Origin: Gekko japonicus
Lineage: Eukaryota
Length of the DNA stretch: 64,000 bases
Reading direction: 5' to 3'
NCBI RefSeq assembly: GCF_001447785.1
Contig: NW_015173165.1
Coordinates: forward strand, 478,813 to 542,812
Made by a program: the position numbers and the translations under genes. Below the pieces are notes generated by a model. It was not told the DNA's origin. It was given only the letters and a program-made list of their open reading frames with translations, and ran no database searches. Within the stretch, counting starts at the first letter, position 1. Each line of letters begins with the position of its first letter. This document shows, piece after piece, positions 13,258-25,385 of the stretch.

Positions 13258-13541
13258 TGAAGAAGAAGAAGAGAAGAGATTGGATTTATATCCCGCCCTT
13301 CACTACCTGAGAAGTCTCAGAGTGGCTTACAAACTCCTTTCCCTTCCCCTCCCCACAACAGACACCCTGGGAGGTAGGTGGGGCTGAGAGAACTCTGACA
13401 GAAACTGTTCTTTTTCAAGGACAGCTGTGCCAGAACTATGGCTTGCCCAAGGTCATCCAGCAGCTGCAAGTGGAGGAATGGGGAATCAAACCCAGTTCTC
13501 CCAGATTAGAGTCCACGCACTTAACCACTACACCAAACTGG
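13258..13541 (-). mobile_element. Squam3-like SINE nested in an older hAT-like element
   Basis: gaagaagaag tail to cacaccaaactgg head; host element ends ggcaacccta at ~13680. Confidence 0.8.
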
Positions 13542-14078
13542 GCAAACTCTATGGTTTGAGATGAAAAAAACCACAGAGTTCCGCCTAAATACTAGAGTAT
13601 CCCCACATGATGTCCCTGCCAACCCCCAGAATGCCCCCCAAATCCCTCTGCTGGAGCAACAAGGGAACCTGGCAACCCTATTTGGGACAGCCACGCACCC
13701 TCATATTAACCTACTTCACACAGTTGTTGTGAGGATACAACGGAGGGCATGAGAATGATATAAGCAATTTCGAGTCCCCATTGGGGAGAAAGGCAGGGTA
13801 TAAATCAATAAAATTTGAATTGAAAAGTTACATTTGTTAGCTTCTTGTACACCCATAGGATTCTTGTTTAAGTTAGGAACTGCCACCATTCTCTTTCTTG
13901 TTTATACATGCAACAGAGTGAACGGCCTTCCTGACTATCTCCAGTTTCAGTCAGGTCCTCGTCACAGAAGGGAACCCGTACTGCAGCAGCCCATCAGACA
14001 CACTTCCCCTTAAACTTTATGCTTCAGATTTTCTCCTGAGCAAGGCCCCATTTTGATCTCAGACCAACAGGGACTCAC

Positions 14079-14299
14079 CTGGAGGTCCCTCTCAACCACA
14101 ACCACCCGAATTGCATTTCTCTGCGACTCTTTCATCTTCAGCCAGAAGGCAACGGACCAGCCAATTATCCCACCTCCAACAATGACTATGTCCGCCCACT
14201 CGGGAGGGAGATCTTTCGAAATGCCCAGAGGGTTCCAGTCGCTACCGGGAAGGGCTTCCTTCAGCTTCTTGCGGAACTCCGCCATCTCCTTCCCAAAAT
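14079..14299 (-). CDS. FOXRED1: FOXRED1 exon 2
   Basis: DFGKEMAEFRKKLK...DIVIVGGGIIGWSVAFWLK...VVERDLQ; cag|...|gtgagt; 221 bp. Confidence 0.96.
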
Positions 14300-16032
14300 C
14301 TGTGCACAAAACAAAAGTCCGCTAACAACTGAGCGAATATTACTGGTTTCTGGGATCTAAAAAAGTGAAGGTATAATTCTGTACACATATTGCCAACCTC
14401 TGTGGAATGCTACTTTTTCCTTTCTTGTAGTTTGTTGTTACTTAATTAACTTTTAAAAACATATATAAAGATGGAGACGATTGAGCAAACAGCATTCAGT
14501 GTATTCAACAGAGATATAAAACCACCATCTTTGCTATGAAAAAAGCCCATTTAAAATTTTATTTATTTAATTTATACCCCGCCCTTCCCGCCAAGGCAGG
14601 GTCAGGGCACCTTACAACAATCCATAAATGTTTTACATTCAGGGAATCTTTTATTCATTGATGTGTCAGCCAAGGAGGCCCAGAAAGTTTTAGTTGAGAC
14701 CCCAGTTTGCTGCAAAAGATTTTGAAAAGTATTCCACTCTACATTTACACAAGGGTTCAAGCCAGGTCTACTGGACTCCGCTACCAGCCCATGTGAACTG
14801 AGAATGTACTTTAGAAGCCACTAAATTCAAATCCTCACTCAGCCATGAAGCTGACATTGCAGTTTTTGGATCAGTTGCTCCCTCTTAGCTTAACCTACAT
14901 TTCAGGGTTCACTTGTGGGCAAAATGGAGGAAAGGAAAAACCACTTTGAGTGTCTTGAAGGGCAGACAGAATAGATTTAGAAAATACCCAGTGCTACCCT
15001 GCAGCTGCAAATCCCCTGCAACCACGTAGCCAAGTGGGAGCTCGAAAAGCTGAACCCGCCCCTTTGCCCATTACCCCACACTGGCTCAAAGGTGTCCAGA
15101 GATGGCATTTCCTCAGTGAAGAAACAGAAAGCTCCCCAACAATTGAATCCCCCTTCTTGACTAAAGATGTAAGATTTCCCAAAACATTGAAGTGCGAGAA
15201 AACACACCCTTTTTTCCTGAGGGGAAAAAAAATGGGGGGGGGAAGCTAAGATGTAGACAATGCTTACTTATTTTACTGTTTTAACAACAAAAATGCATAA
15301 CTTCTAACTTAGTTTGCATATAAAAATGTACAAATGAAATGCAGTTATCCATTCCCCTTTTTATGCAAAATGTGAGACTGGGAACCTTGTTCTGGTTCGT
15401 GAACTTTTAGAACATCCTGAGCCCAGAAAAACCCACATTACCCAAGAATGACCACCTCCACCATCTCTGAGTAACAGACTTGGGAAGTAAGCTAAGGGAG
15501 GAAGCATTCACCTTGTCTAGTATGGGAGCTTCCAGAGGCATCTGGCTATTGACCACTGGAAACAAAATGCTGGATTAGATGGACTTTGGGTAAATCCAGC
15601 AGAATCCAACTTCTTCCACTCTAGAACACAGGTTACATTAGTGCAGAATAGTAACGCAGCAGGGCACAGCACTAGTTAATAATGTACCAAATGAAACAGC
15701 AAAATCTTCATTGGCCTTGGTGACTTTTATCACACTCCGTGATTCTCTTGCACTTTGTGCCCCAGTAATTGCTTGGTTCTGATGACCCAAGAAGGACTTT
15801 GAAAAACCGCCCACAATGTTCAGTCAACTCATATACTTGAGGACATCTGTAAGCTTCTGATTTACACAGAACTCAAGTGTAGGAGGAGGGGAGTATTCTT
15901 CAATGGTAGAATTTGGTTGTGATTTTGTCACAGACAAGCAATGTAACATGGCAGTTTACAGTTCAGAATATATTTTTCCTGCCCCCCAAAAGAAGCCAGC
16001 TAGTACCACCCACAGAATGCCTCTTCTGAAGC

Positions 16033-16288
16033 TAGGGTTGCCAAATTGCGGCGGGGGATCGTATGTCTTCGCAGAATTCATGCCGTGGGGACAGCAAGAC
16101 ATGTTGCACCTGCGGTCGCCAGGATTTGACGCAACGCATCGCTCTGGCAACGGGGCTCCAAACAGCCCCATTGCCAGAGCGATGCGTAGCGTCATGTCCT
16201 GGTGACGGCGGTGCAACGCGTCTCGCTGTCCCAGCGGCACGGATTCTGCAAAGACATGCAGATCCCTCGCCGCGATTTGGGAGCCCTA
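16033..16288. mobile_element. Palindromic (foldback) hAT-type MITE
   Basis: taggg...cccta termini; whole element self-complementary; 8-bp TSD tctgaagc. Confidence 0.9.
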
Positions 16289-17305
16289 TCTGAAGCCTTT
16301 TCTAATGCAAGATAAAGTGGTACAGTCCAAAGGTTGTAAACTGGTCTGTACCACTTCAGCATGTGTATGTGAGATCATATTTTAATGAAGTCCTATATGC
16401 ATGGGGGGAGAGTAGAAGCCCCTTAAGATGATACATGCAACAGAGAATGGGCTATTTTTCAATAATTTAATTGCAGCAGGTTTTTAAAAAATAAATAGGG
16501 AATATTAAAAATGGAGCCTGTGCTCTGAAGTGACACAGTTCACACCACAATTTTAGGATTCTACCACCACTTTCTGGTGCACCCAGAAACTGAGTCTGAG
16601 GGCTGTGTTAAATATAACATAGATGGGAAAAAAGAAAAGCTCCTTCACATCACATTCACACTGGGCTTGCTACCTGTGCAGGGCCTCCACAGATATTGCA
16701 ATGGTTTACTAGCTTGGTTTTCACAAGTACCAGCACAGCTGCAATGAGAGGTCAGGTGCATTCAAAGTCACTCAGGCAATATCTTTTGCTTCATGCCTTA
16801 TTTCAATCAAGCCTCAAGCCCAGATCCACACAGCCTAGGGAGTGAGGTGGGAAGGAATAAAGGGTAATAAAATGGAACTTCAGACAGGCAGATTTTGGGG
16901 GGAGCATCAGGTGGTGGAGGATCTCTTTGGAACATCAGGTGTACATTTTGCCTTTCCTCCATCATGAAACTCAAGGCAGGGTTGAAAGGGGTCCCCAGCA
17001 GCCTCCCATCAAGGCACCTGTGTATCTTCAGAACATCCTGGGACTGTCCTCAGCGTGGGGTTTTTAAAATGAACACATGACGCTGCCTCATTCTGAATCA
17101 ATCTTGTCTACTCAGACAGGCAGCAGCTCTCCAGGATCTCAGGAAGAGAGTCTTTCACATCACCTTTCAACTAGAGATCCTGGGGACCTTCTACATGCCT
17201 AGCAAATGCTCTACCACTGACCCACTAGCTTCTCCCGCAACGCAACTAGAACACTAACAAAAATAAAGAAGTTCTGGTCCCTCCCTTTATTTGGAGAAAA
17301 TATTT

Positions 17306-17586
17306 AGAGCCAGTTTGGTGCAGTGGTTAAGTGTGCGGCCTCTAATCTGGGAGAACCAGGTTTGATTCCCCACTCCTCCACTTGCACCTGCTGATGTGAC
17401 CTTGGGTCAGTCACAAGCTCTGGCACAGCTGTCCTTGAAAAAGAGCAGTTTGTGTCAGAGCTCTCTCAGCCCCACCCACCTCACAGGGTGTCTGTTGTGG
17501 GGAGGGGAAGGGAAAGGAGTTTGTAAGCCGCTCTGAGACTCCAAGTGAAGGGCGGGGTATAAATCCATTCTCTTCTCTTTTTCTTT
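17306..17586 (+). mobile_element. Squam3-like SINE
   Basis: A-box-like tggtgcagtgg, B-box-like ggtttgattcc, CT-rich tail. Confidence 0.82.
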
Positions 17587-18130
17587 TTGTTGTTGCTGTT
17601 CAGTGGCACAGTTGAGTCCGACTCTTCACGACCCCATACAGCACCATTTTTATAAGCGAAAACCTTTTAACAAGGCAGAACATCCCAAAGCAATGGGCAG
17701 CTTCGAAGCAGAAAACGCATCCTGTCACTTCAGCCTCCTGCACTGGCACATGCTTGCGGTATCAACAATCCCTGAAAACATGCTCCCGCCCACCCCACAC
17801 ACCCCGCTTCACAAATGCGGGTACTTTTTCTAGTATAGTTACTGAACTGCTGAACTAGGCAGGGTAGTCCACCCCTGGTTAAAATCCCCACTTGCTACTG
17901 TGAGACTTTGGGCCAGCCATTCTCTCTCAGCCCACCCTACCTCTCAGGGTTACCGCAGGGTAGCAGGCAGAAAAAGAAAACCATATATGTCGCCCTGGAT
18001 TCCTCTGGAGAAAAAGCAGGTTAAAGGGGCAACAGAACAAAATAAAAACAAACTTTTTATATACTCTCAAATGCATGCACAGCGTGAATGTAAGAGATTT
18101 TATTACCCCAGGAACCACGCGGCTCATAAC

Positions 18131-18263
18131 CTCGGAAGCGATCGCGTTGCCGGGATTCGCCAGTGCGGAATTGCCGGCGAGGCTCCACGGGGTTGGCGAG
18201 GGGCCGCCCAGCCGCCGCCACCAGGGGCCGCAGACGGCCAAACATCACCCCTCCGCGCATCAT
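18131..18263 (-). CDS. FOXRED1: FOXRED1 exon 1 (mitochondrial presequence-like)
   Basis: MMRGGVMFGRLRPLVAAAGRPLANPVEPRRQFRTGESRQRDRFR, Arg-rich; donor G|gttatg is phase 1, matching exon 2; alternative in-frame ATGs at 18260 and 18245. Confidence 0.75.
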
Positions 18264-18679
18264 CCCGCAACCTGAATGAGCGCGCCCTAAGCGCAAGAGG
18301 TGCTGCAGGCTAACGCCCCGCCCCTATGCCCCCGATTGGTTGAATCTACCCTAACTAATCTTTCAGCTCCGCCCCTTACTTACCTCTCACACGGGCCCCC
18401 TGACGGAGAGAGATTTTTCAAACGGACTGTCTTTTCTCACTCTCTATGGTTTGGCCAACTTCCGCTTTCCGACGACAAGACCCAATCATAGGTCTTCTTT
18501 CCTCCATTGGCCCCGGTCCGTTTTCGACCGGCCGCTTCCGGCGGAAGTGACGCGTAGTGTTAGAGACTAATCTGACGTGGGTAAGGAAGTCGGGCTGGTT
18601 TCCCGGCGCCTCAGACCCCGTTACCTCAGCTTCCCCCCTTCCTTCCCCCGGGCGAGGCCCGGAGCCCCCCGATTCCGCC
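18264..18679. promoter_or_regulatory. CpG-rich bidirectional promoter and 5' UTRs shared by FOXRED1 and SRPRA
   Basis: Divergent ATGs at 18263 and 18680; CCAAT boxes (18335-18339, 18482-18486, 18506-18510); back-to-back ETS sites cttccggcggaagt joined to a tgacg half-CRE (~18535-18553); TGACGTGG at 18573-18580. Confidence 0.85.
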
Positions 18680-18805
18680 ATGCTCGATTTCTTCACCATC
18701 TTCAGCAAAGGGGGCCTTGTCCTGTGGTGCTTCCAGGGCGTGCGCGGCCCCGCGGCGGCCTGCACTGCGCCCGTGAACGCGCTCATTCGGTCTGTCCTCC
18801 TCCAG
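18680..18805 (+). CDS. SRPRA: SRPRA exon 1
   Basis: gccATG; MLDFFTIFSKGGLVLWCFQGVRGPAAACTAPVNALIRSVLLQ; donor reads GC (cag|gccaga); alternative in-frame GT donor after 18823. Confidence 0.88.
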
Positions 18806-20260
18806 GCCAGAACCCCCCCCCCGGTCAGGCCTTCGTTCGCTCGTAGCTTCTCGAGCTTTGGGTATTGAGGAGGAGATCTTTTCTCCAGGGTTATTTGTTT
18901 CTCCAGGGTTATTTGTTTTCATAATAACAACACAGAGTACTTCGCATCCATGTCCCGCTTTCAAGTGTTCAAAGTGCCTCGCGTATGTTCTCGCTGGGAG
19001 CCTTACAACAGGCCTGTAAGGCAGGCCGATGTTGTTAGCCGTGTATCGTAGGGCTGGTGTTGCGCCAGCGTGGTTTGCCTGGTGAGCTAATGCAGTAGGA
19101 AAGAGGAGGGAGCCCAGCCGCACCTTAAAGACTAACAAAATCTGGGTCAGCTTTTCGTGAGTCGCTGCTCACTTCTTCAGATGTTGAGCCTGTGGCCGAG
19201 GTAGGTTTGGAACCAGCGACCTCCTGGATCATAACCCCCGTTCTCTCACCTTCTGTGCTTCATCCACATCTGTTTCCTGACAGGCTGTTTTGTGTGTCAT
19301 GATTAGTTTCTGAGCTGCGCTGGTCAGGGAAGAAATTGGGTTTCTGCAGTAAGCATCAGAATGTTGACTGCAAAGTCAGCGAACTAAGGGATAGTTTAGT
19401 GTGCATACCTGCTTGTGCATGTACCTTTATCTAAAGTGAATATATGGGTGTCTTTAAATGTTGCATGCCACTTTGAGGACCTTACTGTCAAAAGAAAGGA
19501 ACTAATGCAATAAAAAAAATTCAGCAAGGTGCAAGTTGTGTTTAATTTAAAATCTGTAGGGAATTTTGTTTAGCGGTTCACTACAAATAAGTTACATTAT
19601 CTGGTGGGAAAATAAATAAGCCTGGCCATTAAATTGCAGGTTTGAATGCTGAAGTCTAATATTTCCTCCAGAGATTTCTTATTTTAGCAGATTTCTTGTT
19701 TTCTAGTAGCCGTCTCTTAGTTCAGAAAATTATAGGTGTGTAATATTGACGTGTTTTTTTTAATATCAGTCTGTGCACCTGCCATGTTTCCAGGGATTTT
19801 GGAGGGTTTTTTGCACACCTGAAAAGGCAGTTCCATGTGAGGAAACAAAAAGTAAAGGCATCCCCTCTCCCAAACCTTTTCTTCCTGAATTTCATTCTGT
19901 AGCCCTTCTCCCTTCTGCTGTTTTAATTTAATCCATCCCTTGATCGTATTGCAATCCTCTTTCCTTGTCCAAGAACAGTAATGCAAAGGTTACTTATTTC
20001 TAAGTATTCTGGAGTATTTCTTAAACTGGACTTCAGCTTGCCTGTGTATGGTTTCCACACCTAATGATAATACTTTTTCAGTGTCAAGCATGAGAAGGAA
20101 AGTGCAGAGGGAGGGATGGCAGTACACCCGTGCTTGAGCAACGATGTGTATTTGGGATACTTTAATTGCACATTGTAGTTCATACCATCAGTCTGAAAGA
20201 ACTAAGAGTAGCCTCATTAGATGAGACTGTTAGATCTGCATCCTGTTTCATGGTAACAAG

Positions 20261-20450
20261 CCCAGTAGCACCTTTAAGACTAACCAATTTTATTGTAGCA
20301 TAAGCTTTTGAGAAACACAGCTCTCTTTGTCAGATGAGAGCTGTGTTTCTCGAAAGCTTATGCTACAATAAAGTTGGTTAGTCTTAAAGGTGCTACTGGG
20401 CTTTTTACTACTTTGCAGCAACAGACTAACATGTCTAACTCCTCTGGATT
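20261..20450. mobile_element. Penelope-like element ends in inverted arrangement
   Basis: 65-bp inverted arms containing gcacctttaagactaac / gttagtcttaaaggtgc; related fragments at ~19120, 42900, 44940, 45330, 57760, 58890. Confidence 0.7.
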
Positions 20451-21240
20451 TACATCCTGTTTGAAACTTGGGTCTGGGCTTAAACCTACATGAGAAGTGT
20501 AAAATGCTTCTGATTTTCTTGTCTTAGAGTTTCTGCTTAAAGCATACTAAACTTTTGTAATGTAGCAGCTGGTGCCACAATATTCCTCTGTCTTTTTTCC
20601 TTGCACGCAAAAAGAGTTTGAGGCTGATGTGATGATTTGACTATCATTACCCTGTGTCTCAGGTAGGTGAGATCTGATCTAGTCCTTTGGGTCCAAGCCT
20701 GATTCTTTGGCCATTGGACCACACTACCTGCACTTAGAAGGCCGCTTTCTAGGCAAAAAGAGTATGCTCTTTTCATTTTTCCTATGCTTTGGATTGCCAT
20801 ATGGTACTGCCCTGCAAACATGTTCCTTGTTTCAGAATGTATCTTCATGGGATTCAACAAATGATTAGCAATATCCTATAATTGGAACATTTCACTGGGT
20901 TATCTTCTGTCTCCTTTATTCTCATTTCTGCTAATGAAGGGGTGCTCAGCCTGCCTTGGTTCTTCCACATGGGTGTGGCTGTGTTACGCATGTTAGCTTG
21001 CTGGCATATCACCTCCTGATCACGGATTTTCTGTTGCATTTTCTCTGGCTCCTCACTTCTTGTTTGCTATCAAAGGGTGGTGGTGTTTAACAGTCTCATG
21101 TTGAGGCAGACCAGTGGTCCATACAGCCTACTGTAATCACTCCTAACTAACAGTAGTTCTTCAGAGTCTTAGGCAGAGGTCTTTCCCCAGCACACTACCT
21201 TAAACCCTTCAGAAGTGTCTGAGATTCACCCTCTGCACAT

Positions 21241-21307
21241 TTTTGTTGTTCAGTCGCACAGTCAAGTGCCTCTTCGCGACCCCATGGACCAGATCACACC
21301 AGGCCTT
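21241..21307 (-). mobile_element. BovB/RTE LINE extreme 3' end
   Basis: gttgttcagtcgcacagtc...cgcgaccccatggac; 11-bp TSD cctctgcacat. Confidence 0.78.
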
Positions 21308-21592
21308 CCTCTGCACATACATGCACAATATTCCAATGCTGATTTCTTCAGAAGCAGGCTAACTCTCTGTGTGCCTCTCACAAAGCCAAGGTACTTCAAC
21401 AGAAGTTGTACTAAGAATCACTCACTGGGTGTTTTGTTATACTGGCAGGATAAGTGAGGATACAGCTGATCCTGGATAGCAAAACGTCTTAATCTTATTT
21501 TGGCAGAAACTGTGTTGCTGGTTGAGTTGAAGGAGTTAGAGGTAAATCAAGTGACCTTGAAACAATAGATGTTTATAAACAGGTCTGGGAAA

Positions 21593-21806
21593 ACCTAAGA
21601 TACCTGGTTGCTTGGATACTTACATTTGACACCGCCTCCTAGGATGGGGTTGTTTTTTTAATTCTAGCCTTCCTGCACAGCAGGCAGGAAAAAATAAGAC
21701 CTAAGATACCTGGTTGCTTGGATACTTGCATTTGACACTGCCTCCTAGGGTGGGGTTGTTTTTTTTAATTCTAGCCGTCCTGCACAGCAGGCAGGAAAAA
21801 AATAGG
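21593..21806. repeat. Tandem duplication, 2 x ~106 bp
   Basis: acctaagatacctggttgcttggatactt... restarts at 21699. Confidence 0.92.
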
Positions 21807-21927
21807 TCACCAGCCTTTTTGTATGCCAACAAAGTTGAAGCTCTATCTTTATGGCTTCTGTAATGTGGGCCTTATGTGACTCAGCTTGCCTTGCTAATGT
21901 ACTCCCCCCCCCCATTTGTCTTTTCAG

Positions 21928-22011
21928 GAGCGAGGTGGCAGTAACTCTTTCAACCATGAAGCCCTTACACTAAAGTACAAGTTGGACAATCAGTTTGAGT
22001 TGGTCTTTGTG
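21928..22011 (+). CDS. SRPRA: SRPRA exon 2
   Basis: ERGGSNSFNHEALTLKYKLDNQFELVFV; cag|...|gtaagt. Confidence 0.96.
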
Positions 22012-22350
22012 GTAAGTGCATTACTGTGTTTGAGGCAAGAAACGGAAACAGAAGGAGGGCTTCTAAAAGACTGCAGAAGAACAGATAGTGTTTTGAAAGA
22101 CTTTTTCTCATCCCACGGTTGTCGAGCCTGTCAGCTGTCATTCTGTTTCCTTTGATTTGGAAGACTCTGAACAGCGCTGAACATTCCCTGAGTCTTCCAC
22201 CGCCCTTTGTCATGATGGCAGCCTTTCACAAATGTTCTTCCTTCTTTGGATTATTCACTGTTTAGAAAGAACTGTGCATGAGCTGCCTTTTTTAGAGCTA
22301 ATTAAAATGTCATTCTGGTTTTTCTGATAATAATCACAGTTCTCTGGCAG

Positions 22351-22514
22351 GTTGGATTTCAAAAAATTCTGACCCTAACCTACGTGGACAAGTTGATAGA
22401 CGATGTTCATAAGGAGTTCCGGGACAAATATCGCAATGAATTCCAACAGAAGGGAACTCTTGGGCTTCTCAATGGCACCTTTGATTTTAAAGAAGATTTT
22501 TTACGCCTCTTACG
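22351..22514 (+). CDS. SRPRA: SRPRA exon 3
   Basis: VGFQKILTLTYVDKLIDDVHKEFRDKYRNEFQQKGTLGLLNGTFDFKEDFLRLL(R); cag|...|gtaaca. Confidence 0.96.
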
Positions 22515-23629
22515 GTAACAGGCTACACCCTTTCAGCGCTCAGGTTTCACCCACGGTCCTGTTTGTTGTCTTGTTCCAAGTGTCTTGCGTTCTCCAAGCT
22601 GAGGACATGGCCTCAATAGAAATGATAAGTGCAGGCAGAAAGGAGCATGGTCCTACTAATAAACTGTGTATCTTTGCTGTGTTTGGCTTTTCCTATGCTC
22701 ATTATGTCTTTTGGATAAACCTGGACTGCAATAGAAAAAGGTCGCCCACTGGCAGAGCTGTGTATATATATCCCCTGGGTACTGAGGTATTTGTTAAACT
22801 AAGCCAAGTTGGCCTGGTCTTCCCAGCTTGGTTCAGAACAACTTGCAGTGTGAGCAGTGATGTACTAAGGGACAAGACTGGGGCTGCGCTTGCCAGTATC
22901 TCCACCAGCTTTCAGCTTCAGGGTTGGCAGGAGTCATGCTTGTGGCCTTAAGAGGTGACCAGTCATTCTCCATAGAGAGAATGTGGTAAATTTGCCCTTG
23001 TGTGGCCAGTGCTATATTTAGGAGGGAAGGGGGGGCAGCACTAACAGGTAGGAAAACAAGAGGAGGTAGATCTCAGCAGGGACCAGGAGATGTGCATTGG
23101 AAGTAAGGTAGAAAACGACTACAATCAGTGGTTTTTGAGTCAGCTTTTCAAGGGCACTAGGGCCCCTAGAAAGCAGCATAAGAAATGTGACTAATAGCTT
23201 TGTTCACCCTTGAAAGACAGTGAATTTACTTGTAGTTTGTTTTTAACAGGGTTTTTTAAACACCTTGTTATCTGTAGCTTGTTTCTTAGCACCTGTTGAG
23301 ATCCAGAACTAGCCTTAAACCCGGATTTGATGAAAGGCTGCTTTTGAATGGGGTTTGGTATGGGGCTAAATCTGGCCCTGCGAACAGTACATTCCCTAGG
23401 AAACTTCAACAAGGAAAATTACAAGGGAAAAATAAGTTTTAATTTTTGAAAGGGAGAGGGGCAAATGGTTTGTTGCTTTGGGGCAAGGAGGGGAACATGG
23501 TCAGATCATTCCAAGAGATGTTCTCTCTAGGAGAAGGAGGGTAGGGACAGGAATTCCAAATGTGTATTGTTCTGCATGGTGAGTAATGGGCACAGTTGTG
23601 TAACCTACCCCCCCCCCCTTTTCAACCAG

Positions 23630-23790
23630 GGAAGCAGAGGAGAGCAGTAAAGTCCGAGCTCCCACTGCCATGAAGACATTTGAACAGTCGGCAAAGTCCC
23701 AAAAAACAGTGAAGTCTATGATAGAAACTCGAGGGGAGAAACCAAAAGAGAAAACTAAGAACAAGAAAAACAAAGGTTCCAAAAAGGAAG
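23630..23790 (+). CDS. SRPRA: SRPRA exon 4
   Basis: EAEESSKVRAPTAMKTFEQSAKSQKTVKSMIETRGEKPKEKTKNKKNKGSKKE; cag|...|gtgagt. Confidence 0.95.
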
Positions 23791-24189
23791 GTGAGTAGGT
23801 GACTGCCATGCCTGTGCTGGTGCAGATCCATAAGCTAAAATGTTCTTAAGACTTAAAGAATTTTTATTGTTCTCCACGCCTCAGTGCGCGTATGGCTGTG
23901 CAGAACGATCACACTCAGTAAAATAAACAGGGACACCCTGACATGCAAATGCGCAATAGCTTTAGTTGAGGAGCCAAAAGCATCAGATGTATATAATCTT
24001 AACTCATTTTACTGAGGGATGCCTCCCTTGCCCCAGTTCAGGCTTTTGCTAGATCTGCACAGCTGGACCAGTTTAGCAATGCTCGTTTGTTTTTCACTAA
24101 CCACTTTGTCTTAAGGCCGGGACTGCCACACCTCTGTCCTTCTGTGTCGCTGTGTTTTATTGTGACAAGGCCATTTTATTTAGTTTCAG

Positions 24190-24346
24190 GAGCTGAAACA
24201 GCTGCAGTCCCCAAAGTAGTGCCTGCTGTTAAGGAGGAGCTTCCTGTCGCAGCCGGAGACAGGGAGGAACTGACCAAGGATGAGATCCTGCAGAAGAACC
24301 GGGAGGAATTCTTTAGGAAACGCCTGAAGGGGGGAGAGAAACCCAA
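24190..24346 (+). CDS. SRPRA: SRPRA exon 5
   Basis: GAETAAVPKVVPAVKEELPVAAGDREELTKDEILQKNREEFFRKRLKGGEKP; |gtaagc; a second in-frame acceptor would start the exon at 24184. Confidence 0.88.
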
Positions 24347-25385
24347 GTAAGCGTGTTGCCTTGCCTCGGCATCCTGACACTCAGAGTGCGGATAGTCACG
24401 TTGTTGTAGATGTGTCCCTGAGCTGTAAAAGTTTACCATGGCCCCTGAGAACTAGCGAGAGTAAGGCTGAGTGCAGATGAAGTGAGACTGACTTCACCTT
24501 GAAAGGCACAGCTTCATGCTGGACTTGTTTAATCTTCATGTAGAAATGAAGGTTGCTTCATTTTCATAGAGTTCCTCCAGCCACCATTGGTGGCTTTGAT
24601 GGGTGACCTCTTTTTTCTGTAAATGCTTTGGAACGGTAATGGCAGCTTTGCATGTCACAAAATTAGATGGCACATGCCATGTGTAAGCCAGACGTACACT
24701 GTAATATGTGGGAGAAATAAGCTTTTCTTTGACCATAGACATCCACTGGAGGGATCCATGATTGGCTGTGGGTGTATGTGGTATTAATATAGGCTGTAAA
24801 AGAAAGTGTGTATCTTACCAGGTGCACATGGAATGACCTGCAAGTATCGGAACATGTGCAGCAGTCCTCATTAAGCTGTGCTTCCCACAGGTTCATGTAC
24901 CTTAGAGTGTCAGTATTCTCAGGCCAAGTTCTCCCTGGGGTCGTAAACATGCATGTGGGCTCTGTGCTACTTCCGACTGCAGGCAGGAGTGCTTCTATAC
25001 ATTAAACATTCCATGCATGAAGAACACTCTCACTGATATGCAGCTTTCTAGATAGAGGGGATTCTTTGTGTGGTGGAGGATCATCCAGTCACAGGCACCC
25101 CACCCACCCCCCAAGCCTCATGTAGTACAACGCAGCCGTAGTTTTATGAGCTCAGTAAGCACAGGGCTTATGTTTTTGGGGACTATTTTCAGAAATAAAC
25201 TACTGCAGTGAATGGGACATACACACACACACACCCCTCTTAATTTGAGTTTGAGTTAGATATTGGAAAGTGTAACAGAGCACGGAGTTTGAATTGAGTC
25301 CACAAAGTTTGCTGCTATAAATGATTTGGAGCTGTGATTTCCCTCACTGTTAAGACCTAATGGACTTTCTGCTCTGCTTTCCTAG

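Larger units (their letters stand above)
736..18263 (-). other. FOXRED1: FOXRED1 gene span, coding exons 1-9 (FAD-dependent oxidoreductase, complex I assembly factor); last exons lie left of the window
   Basis: Nine GT-AG exons splice in frame into a protein with a GxGxxG FAD motif (IVGGGIIG) and FOXRED1-like blocks. Confidence 0.96.

Noticed and set aside
17306-17380. tRNA-like A/B boxes
   Set aside because: Heads of a multicopy SINE, not tRNA genes
18883-18918. Perfect 18-bp tandem repeat in SRPRA intron 1
   Set aside because: Ordinary slippage-scale duplication with no sign of function
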